Part shown: piece by piece, positions 58,239 through 64,000 of the stretch | How the letters are laid out: each line of letters begins with the position of its first letter | Numbering within the stretch: the first letter of the stretch is position 1 | NCBI GenBank assembly: GCA_963786935.1 | Contig: CAWBAN010000001.1 | Location: 513,158-577,157 of the forward strand | Source of the DNA: an uncultured bacterium | GTDB lineage: Bacteria > Krumholzibacteriota > Krumholzibacteriia > Krumholzibacteriales > Krumholzibacteriaceae | Direction: 5' to 3' | DNA: 64,000 nt | The notes under the pieces: model-generated | The model's database searches: none | What the model saw: only the letters and a program-made list of their open reading frames with translations | What the model was told of the DNA's origin: nothing | Position numbers and translations under genes: made by a program

Positions 58239-59179
58239 ACGAAGAGAACAAGGAGCCGATGGACCAGTCGGCCGGCGAGCACGGGGCGGGATCGCCGGCG
58301 CCGCCGGCCGGGGACGACGCGGCGCCGCGGCCCGAGGACCGGGAGGCCGGCGCATCGGGCGCTCAGAGCGCGTCCCTCAAGGGGGAGGAAACCGTCGGCG
58401 AGATCCTGCTGGCGGGGCGCGAGCGGCTCGGGCAAACGCTCGAGTACATGAGCCAGGAGACGAAGATTCCGAAGCAGACCCTCCAGTATCTCGAGACCGA
58501 CAACTACGAGGCGCTCCCCGCGAAGGTGTACGCGAAGAGCTTCCTCCGCGCGTACGCGTCCGCGCTCGATCTCGACATCCAGCACATTCTGAACAAGTAC
58601 GAGGTTCAAACCGGGCAGACGCACCGCAGCAAGGGGGATCACTGGGAGATCGAGACGGAGATCGTCGAGGAGAAGCTGCGGTCCCCGAATCTGCTGCGGC
58701 GCTACGTGATTCCGGCGGTCATCGTGGTCGCGCTCGTCGTGCTCGTCGTGAAGCTCGCGGGGAGGAAGGAAGAGAAGGCGGAGCCTCCCCGTCCGGTCGA
58801 TCTCAAGGAGCAGCTGCTCGAATCGAAGACCGCCGCCGCGGAGCCGGCCGCGAGTCAGAGCGAGCCGGCGGAGGCGCTGCTCGAGCCGATGGAGCTCAAC
58901 ATCGTCGCCAATCCGACCGACAGCTGCTGGTTCGAGCTCATGACCGTATCCGTCGTGGAGCAGCAGCCGGAGACCACCATCAGCCGGTTCACCCTGCCGC
59001 CCGGCCGCGCGCGGGCGTTTCAGGCGACGGAGGAATTCTACTTCATGAAGGTCGGCAACGCGGGGGGCTTCGTCATGGAATTGAACGGCTCCAAGCTTCC
59101 CACGCTCGGCAGAAAAGGCAAGGTCATCACCAACTACCGGATCACGCGCGAGAACCTTCCCCGCGGAAAGAAAGACTAG
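58235..59179 (+). CDS. rodZ: RodZ-like cytoskeleton-associated protein (XRE-type HTH, TM helix, C-terminal DUF4115-like domain)
   Basis: The HTH is [34 protein letters not shown] single TM segment [15 protein letters not shown] and a C-terminal beta-domain ending NGSKLP follow. Confidence 0.65.
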   Translation: MNEENKEPMDQSAGEHGAGSPAPPAGDDAAPRPEDREAGASGAQSASLKGEETVGEILLAGRERLGQTLEYMSQETKIPKQTLQYLETDNYEALPAKVYAKSFLRAYASALDLDIQHILNKYEVQTGQTHRSKGDHWEIETEIVEEKLRSPNLLRRYVIPAVIVVALVVLVVKLAGRKEEKAEPPRPVDLKEQLLESKTAAAEPAASQSEPAEALLEPMELNIVANPTDSCWFELMTVSVVEQQPETTISRFTLPPGRARAFQATEEFYFMKVGNAGGFVMELNGSKLPTLGRKGKVITNYRITRENLPRGKKD

Positions 59180-59199
59180 CGTCGCGCGCGGGTGCGTCC

Positions 59200-61230
59200 A
59201 TGTCCCTGTTCACGCTCACATCGCAGCACCGGCCGACCGGGGATCAGCCCGAGGCGATCGCGGGCCTCGTCGCGAACGTCGAGGCGGGGAAAAGATTCCA
59301 GACGCTCCTCGGCGTGACGGGCTCGGGGAAGACCTTCACGATCGCGAACGCGATCGCGCGGCTCGGCATGCCGGCGCTCATCATCTCCCACAACAAGACG
59401 CTCGCCGCGCAGCTCTACGGGGAGATGAGGGGCCTGTTTCCCGCGAACGCCGTCGAATATTTCATCAGCTATTACGACTACTACCAGCCCGAGGCGTTCA
59501 TTCCCTCGACCGACACCTATATCGAGAAAGACGCGTCGATCAACGAGGATATCGACCGGCTCCGGCTCCACGCGACCGGTTCGCTCCTCACCCGGCGCGA
59601 CGTGATCGTCGTCGCGAGCGTGTCGTGCATCTACGGCCTCGGTTCTCCCGAGGAGTTCGGGAAGCTCAGCTTCACCGTTTCGCAGGGGGAGCGCGTCGGC
59701 CGCGACGAGGTGCTGCGTCGGCTCGTGCAGATCCGGTATTCGCGCAACGATATCGATTTCGCGCGCGGCACCTTCCGCGTGCGCGGCGACACGATCGAGC
59801 TCTGGCCGGCGTATCTGGAGGAGGCGGTTCGCATCGAGCTGTTCGATGACGTGATCGAGCGGATCTCCTTCATTCATCCCGTCTCGGGGGAAGCGCTGCG
59901 CCGCGCAGACGCCGCGGCCGTGTTCCCCTCGTCCCATTTCGTGACGTCGGGGGAGAATCTCGAACACGCGATCGAATCGATCGAGAAGGAGCTCGTCGGC
60001 CGTCTCGGGGAGCTGCGCGCCCAGGGGAAGGACTTCGAGGCGAAGCGGCTCGAGACGAGGACGCGCTACGACATCGAGATGCTCGGGGAGATGGGGTACT
60101 GTCCCGGCATCGAGAACTACTCGCGGCATTTCTCGGAGCGGCTGCCCGGCGAGCGCCCGGCGACGCTCATCGACTACTTCCGCGACGATTACCTCGTCGT
60201 CATCGACGAGTCGCACGTGACTATTCCGCAGATCCGCGGCATGTACGAGGGAGACCGGAGCAGGAAGCGGACGCTCGTCGAGCACGGCTTCAGGCTGCCG
60301 TCGGCGCTCGACAACCGGCCGCTCACGTACGCCGAATTCGAGGCGCTCGTCCGGCGCGTGATCTTCGTGTCGGCGACGCCGGGAGATTTCGAGCTCGAAC
60401 GCTCCGGGGGCGAGGTCGTCGAGCAGATCGTGCGCCCCACGGGGCTCATCGATCCCGTCACCGAAGTGCGTCCCGTCGCGGGACAGATCGACGATCTCCT
60501 CGGCGAGATCCGCGCGCGCGTGGCCAAGCGCGAGCGCGTGCTCGTGACGACGCTCACGAAACGCATGGCCGAGGATCTCACGTCGTACCTCTCGGGGCTC
60601 GGCGTGCGCGTGCGGTACCTGCACAGCGACATCCACGCGCTCGACCGGATCGGGATACTCCGCGACCTGCGCTTCGGCGAGTTCGACGTGCTCGTCGGTA
60701 TCAACCTGCTCCGCGAAGGGCTCGATCTGCCCGAGGTGTCCCTCGTGGCGGTGCTGGACGCGGACAAGGAGGGATTCCTCCGGTCGCGGACATCCCTGAT
60801 CCAAACGGCGGGGCGCGCCGCGCGAAACATCGAGGGAACGGTCATCTTTTACGCCGACACGGTCACCGGCTCCATGGCGCGGGCCATCGAGGAGACGAAC
60901 CGGCGCCGCGAGAAGCAGATCGAATACAACCGGAAGCACGGCATCACGCCGCGGTCGATCGTCAAATCGGTCGAAGAGGTGATGCTCTCGACCTCGCTCA
61001 TCGACGCGAGACGGAGCCGCGAGAAGGAGCAGGAGCTCGCCGCCGAGCTCTTCGTCCCTGCGGGGGAGGACGACGCCGCCATGCTCGCGCGCCTCGAAGC
61101 GGAGATGTGGAAGGAAGCGGAAGCGATGCATTTCGAGAAGGCGGCGAGCATTAGGGATCGCGTCGAGGAAATCAGGATGAACATGACCGGGAGGAACAAA
61201 CGTGGAAGAGCGGGAAAAACGGCTCGATGA
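59200..61230 (+). CDS. uvrB: Excinuclease ABC subunit B
   Basis: Walker A GVTGSGKT, the beta-hairpin region [13 protein letters not shown], and the C-terminal UVR domain are present. Full length. Confidence 0.97.
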   Translation: MSLFTLTSQHRPTGDQPEAIAGLVANVEAGKRFQTLLGVTGSGKTFTIANAIARLGMPALIISHNKTLAAQLYGEMRGLFPANAVEYFISYYDYYQPEAFIPSTDTYIEKDASINEDIDRLRLHATGSLLTRRDVIVVASVSCIYGLGSPEEFGKLSFTVSQGERVGRDEVLRRLVQIRYSRNDIDFARGTFRVRGDTIELWPAYLEEAVRIELFDDVIERISFIHPVSGEALRRADAAAVFPSSHFVTSGENLEHAIESIEKELVGRLGELRAQGKDFEAKRLETRTRYDIEMLGEMGYCPGIENYSRHFSERLPGERPATLIDYFRDDYLVVIDESHVTIPQIRGMYEGDRSRKRTLVEHGFRLPSALDNRPLTYAEFEALVRRVIFVSATPGDFELERSGGEVVEQIVRPTGLIDPVTEVRPVAGQIDDLLGEIRARVAKRERVLVTTLTKRMAEDLTSYLSGLGVRVRYLHSDIHALDRIGILRDLRFGEFDVLVGINLLREGLDLPEVSLVAVLDADKEGFLRSRTSLIQTAGRAARNIEGTVIFYADTVTGSMARAIEETNRRREKQIEYNRKHGITPRSIVKSVEEVMLSTSLIDARRSREKEQELAAELFVPAGEDDAAMLARLEAEMWKEAEAMHFEKAASIRDRVEEIRMNMTGRNKRGRAGKTAR

Positions 61231-62056
61231 GCTCGTGAGGGCCGCGCTCGCGGAGGATGCGGCGCGAAAGGACGCGACGTCGAAACTTCTCGTCGACGCG
61301 GAGCGGATCGGGGACGCCGTCGTGCGCGCGGGGGAGCGGGGCGTCGTATCGGGACACGCGGCGTCGGAGGCGACCTTCCGGATGCTCGATCCGTCGATCG
61401 CCTATTCCGCGACGGCGCTCGACGGCGCGCGCGTGCAGCCGGGGACCGTCGTCGCCCGCGTCTACGGACACGTGCGCGCGATTCTGTCCGCCGAGCGGAC
61501 CGCCCTCAATTTTCTCCAGCACTGTTCGGGGATCGCCACCCTCGCCGCCGCCTTCGCGGAGCGCGTGCGGGGAACGGGCGTCGTGATCCTCGACACGAGG
61601 AAGACGACACCGGGGCTGCGGGGCCTCGAGAAGGCGGCCGTCGTCCACGGCGGGGGGCGGAATCACCGGGCGGACCTCGCCGCGATGATTCTCGTCAAGG
61701 AGAACCACATCGCCGCGGCGGGGGGGCTCGCCGGGGCCCTTGCGAAGCTCGGGATCGCGCGTCTTCGGGACGCCGAGATCGAGGTTCGCTCGCTCGAGGA
61801 GCTCCGCATGCTGAAGGACGCGCCGCCGAAGCGGATCATGCTCGACAACTTCGAGCCGGCGCTCGTCCGCGAGGCGGTCGCGGAGATCAAAGGCTGGGTT
61901 GTCGTGCCGGAGATCGAGGTCTCGGGCGGGGTGAACCTCGACAACGTCGCCGCCTACGCGGTCCCGGGGGTCGATTTCATCTCGATCGGCGCGCTCACGA
62001 ACCGCGCGCCGGCGCTCGACATGAGTCTCGATCTCGAAGGAGTCGACCGGACGTGA
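61202..62056 (+). CDS. nadC: Nicotinate-nucleotide (quinolinate) phosphoribosyltransferase NadC
   Basis: GTG start overlapping the uvrB end. [40 protein letters not shown] and MLDNF are present. Confidence 0.9.
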   Translation: MEEREKRLDELVRAALAEDAARKDATSKLLVDAERIGDAVVRAGERGVVSGHAASEATFRMLDPSIAYSATALDGARVQPGTVVARVYGHVRAILSAERTALNFLQHCSGIATLAAAFAERVRGTGVVILDTRKTTPGLRGLEKAAVVHGGGRNHRADLAAMILVKENHIAAAGGLAGALAKLGIARLRDAEIEVRSLEELRMLKDAPPKRIMLDNFEPALVREAVAEIKGWVVVPEIEVSGGVNLDNVAAYAVPGVDFISIGALTNRAPALDMSLDLEGVDRT

Positions 62057-62877
62057 AGCGGCGGAGCGGCGATACGGGGGCGAGGGGCGCGGCGGAGCTG
62101 CATCCGGCCCGTCTCCTCGGGCTCTGCGCGACGAAGCGCCTCGCGCGGAGAATCGTCCTCTACGACTCGATCGGGTCGACGAACGACGCCGCCATGGCCG
62201 CCGCGGCGCAGGGCGCCGAAGGGGGCATGCTCTTCGTCGCCGACGAGCAGACGTCGGGCAAGGGGAGGAAGGGACGCGCGTGGATCTCCGCGAAGGGCGC
62301 GAGCCTCACCTTCTCGCTTCTCCTCAGGCCCGCCCCGCGCACGGACGGGCTCACCGCGCTCTTCGCCCTCGCCGTCGTCAGGGCGCTCGACGGCTTTGTC
62401 GGGGGACTCGCCGTCAAATGGCCGAACGACATATTCTTCGGCGGGAAGAAGCTCGGCGGCATTCTCGCCGAATCGAAGGACGACGCGGCCGTCATCGGGC
62501 TCGGCCTCGACGTCAACGAGACGTCCGGGGATTTCCCCGCGGACATCGCGTCCGAGGCGGTCTCGATGCGCATCGCCGGCGGTCGTCCCTTCGACCGGGG
62601 GATCGTGCTCTGCCGTATCCTCGAGGCCTTCGAGGCGCTCTACGATCCGTTTCTCGAGGCGGGTTTCGCCCCGTTCCGCGGGGAGCTCGAGCGCCGGCTC
62701 CTCTATGTCGGGGCGCCGGTGATCGTGGAGAGCGGCGGGGAATCGATCGAGGGCACGATGCTCGGCATCACGGACGACGCTCGCGTGCGCCTCGACGCCG
62801 GCGGCGCGCGGCGGATTCTCTCATCGGGCGATCTCACCCTGCGGGGAGGTTCTCGTGACACGGATTCTCGCGCTTGA
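62053..62877 (+). CDS. birA: Biotin--[acetyl-CoA-carboxylase] ligase BirA (group I, no N-terminal HTH)
   Basis: The biotin-binding motif GKGRKGRAW and KWPNDIFFGGKKLGGILAE are present. Confidence 0.85.
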   Translation: MKRRSGDTGARGAAELHPARLLGLCATKRLARRIVLYDSIGSTNDAAMAAAAQGAEGGMLFVADEQTSGKGRKGRAWISAKGASLTFSLLLRPAPRTDGLTALFALAVVRALDGFVGGLAVKWPNDIFFGGKKLGGILAESKDDAAVIGLGLDVNETSGDFPADIASEAVSMRIAGGRPFDRGIVLCRILEAFEALYDPFLEAGFAPFRGELERRLLYVGAPVIVESGGESIEGTMLGITDDARVRLDAGGARRILSSGDLTLRGGSRDTDSRA

Positions 62878-63679
62878 CCGGGGAAACGATTCGCTCAAGG
62901 CCGCGCTCTTCGATTCGGGGACGATCGTCGCGAGGTGGCGGGAGCGCGGCGCGCGTCCCGAGGATTCGCTCCGCGGGATCGTCCGCGAGATTGCCTCCGG
63001 CGCGGCCCGCGCGGACGGCGGGCGGCTCGGGCGGAAGGATCGCGCCGGCCTGCGCGATACCCTCGCCGGCAGCGTGATCGTTCACAGCGTCGTTTTTTGC
63101 AGCGTCGATCCCCGGTGGACGGAGCGGATCGTGCGCGCGCTCGAGCGCCTCGGCGCGAGCCGCGTTCTCGAGGTGAGCGCGCGGATCGACTTCCCGTTCG
63201 ACCTTCTCGTGGATCGTCCCTCGAAAACCGGCCCGGACCGCCTCGCCGCCGCGGCAGGGGTCGCCGCGGCGGGGGAGCGGGAAGCGATCATCGTGGACGC
63301 GGGGACCGCGATAACGGTGGATGTGCTCTCGAAGAAGGGATTCCTCGGCGGCGCCATTTTCCCGGGAACGGCCCTCCTGTACCGGGCGCTGCATGAAGGC
63401 ACGGCGGCGCTCCCGCTCGTGTCCGAACGCGGCGGAGCCGTCCGCGCGCCGGGACGCAATACGAGGGAGGCGATCGTCGCCGGCGTCGAGGGAGGAACGG
63501 CGGGCGCCGTGAAAGAGCTCGTGGCGCGGTCCCGGGCCCGCGTTTCGAAGCGCGCCCGCGTCTGGGTGACGGGAGGAGGGGGCGCCGGGCTCTCGAAGCG
63601 CCTCGGAAAAGGCGTGCGGTACGAGCCGGATCTCGTGCTCCGCGGGCTCAAGTATCTCTTCGATCTCAACTGCGGCTGA
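62855..63679 (+). CDS. coaX: Type III pantothenate kinase CoaX
   Basis: GTG start overlapping the birA end. ILALDRGNDSLKAALF, IIVDAGTAITVDV and the ASKHA fold pattern are present. Confidence 0.85.
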   Translation: MTRILALDRGNDSLKAALFDSGTIVARWRERGARPEDSLRGIVREIASGAARADGGRLGRKDRAGLRDTLAGSVIVHSVVFCSVDPRWTERIVRALERLGASRVLEVSARIDFPFDLLVDRPSKTGPDRLAAAAGVAAAGEREAIIVDAGTAITVDVLSKKGFLGGAIFPGTALLYRALHEGTAALPLVSERGGAVRAPGRNTREAIVAGVEGGTAGAVKELVARSRARVSKRARVWVTGGGGAGLSKRLGKGVRYEPDLVLRGLKYLFDLNCG

Positions 63680-63690
63680 AAAATTCTTCT

Positions 63691-63719
63691 TGCGTTCTTG
63701 CCCGTTCGGGATTATATAT
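63691..63719 (+). promoter_or_regulatory. Sigma70-like promoter TTGCGT-N17-TATATA upstream of groES
   Basis: Hexamer spacing of 17 bp. It lies immediately upstream of the CIRCE element. Confidence 0.45.
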
Positions 63720-63726
63720 CTCTGCA

Positions 63727-63753
63727 AGTAGCAGTCTTCATACTAGAGTGCTA
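63727..63753 (+). promoter_or_regulatory. CIRCE inverted repeat (HrcA operator): GTAGCAGTC-N9-GAGTGCTAA
   Basis: It matches TTAGCACTC-N9-GAGTGCTAA with a perfect right arm and two mismatches in the left arm. It lies about 35 nt upstream of groES. Confidence 0.75.
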
Positions 63754-63788
63754 ACCCGGTTAAATCAAAGAAGAAAGGGGGAAAAGTC

Positions 63789-64000
63789 ATGAAGATTACG
63801 CCTCTCGGCGACAGGGTCATGGTCAAGCCCCTGGACCTCAAGGAGGTCAAGAAGGGCGGGATCATAATTCCCGACACGGCAAAGGAAAAGCCCATGGAGG
63901 GCGAGATCATCGCGGTCGGCAAGGGCCGCATCAACGAAACCACCGGCGAGCGCATCGCGCCCGAGGTCAAGAAGGGCGACAAGGTGCTCTACGGAAAGTA
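63789..64000 (+). CDS. groES: Co-chaperonin GroES (5' part; continues beyond window end)
   Basis: [47 protein letters not shown]... matches GroES. No stop occurs before the window edge. Confidence 0.9.
   Translation, partial: MKITPLGDRVMVKPLDLKEVKKGGIIIPDTAKEKPMEGEIIAVGKGRINETTGERIAPEVKKGDKVLYGK

Noticed and set aside
39672-61131. Further antisense ORFs (39672..41405-, 41402..42505-, 42517..43587-, 44272..46806-, 48317..51874-, 51364..52887-, 55470..56750-, 56880..58355-, 59176..61131-) and plus-strand shadow frames (50626..51720, 54301..54765, 62280..62858)
   Set aside because: Same reasoning: no recognisable domains, extreme R/G/P/E composition, and each is fully covered by a well-supported gene in another frame.
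1-64000. Search for tRNA/rRNA genes, CRISPR arrays, IS elements or integrases, and for mglB (Roadblock) or other defence or toxin-antitoxin genes
   Set aside because: No cloverleaf-capable intergenic segment, repeat-spacer array, transposase or integrase ORF, or Roadblock-like ORF was seen. Intergenic regions are short apart from AT-rich promoter islands.

Overview
High-GC (~70%) bacterial chromosome segment, probably from an uncultivated lineage. A T9SS-type C-terminal sorting domain on one secreted protein suggests the FCB superphylum.

Four blocks:
(1) 1-8070: a surface-polysaccharide locus. Genes: CapD-like dehydratase, FemAB-like transferase, Wzx-like flippase, a GT4 glycosyltransferase, a GT-C membrane glycosyltransferase and a SAM methyltransferase.
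(2) 8329-24941: a complete, compact dcw division/cell-wall cluster (mraZ, an extra STAS-domain gene, rsmH, ftsL, ftsI, murE, murF, mraY, murD, ftsW, murG, murC, ftsQ, ftsA, ftsZ). Three direct GTGGG MraZ boxes lie upstream. murB and ddl are absent.
(3) 24957-36343: housekeeping and envelope genes. They include a TPR protein abutting ftsZ, a radical SAM protein, rpmB, recG, an HD hydrolase, a zinc-ribbon protein and a pseudo-receiver/HATPase kinase. On the minus strand sits an acyltransferase / GT4 / MFS operon.
(4) 36469-48540: the most unusual part. A sigma54-like promoter precedes an MglA-family Ras-like GTPase with a ~175-aa charged C-terminal extension. About 11 kb of co-directional, largely start/stop-overlapping genes follow: CheY-like receiver, secreted protein, TPR protein, Wzi-family outer-membrane protein, UbiA-family prenyltransferase, UppP, UbiE-like methyltransferase, an Fe-S/FAD-linked oxidase, a thioester-reductase-domain reductase and a TfoX-N protein.

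The remainder (48571-64000): an ArnT/PMT-like glycosyltransferase with TPR tail, a CapK/PaaK-like adenylating enzyme coupled to an S51 peptidase, a DUF885 protein, a stand-alone GMP-synthase PP-ATPase subunit, valS, a RodZ-like protein, uvrB, nadC, birA, coaX and the start of groES behind a CIRCE operator.

Several genes carry apparent single-nucleotide frameshifts: CapD-like, FemAB-like, mraY (two), murD, and the TPR gene after ftsZ. Some sit in poly-G runs. mraY and murD are essential, so these are most likely sequence errors, but they need checking against reads.

No rRNA, tRNA, CRISPR array or obvious mobile element was found. Almost all long antisense ORFs in the track are GC-driven artefacts.
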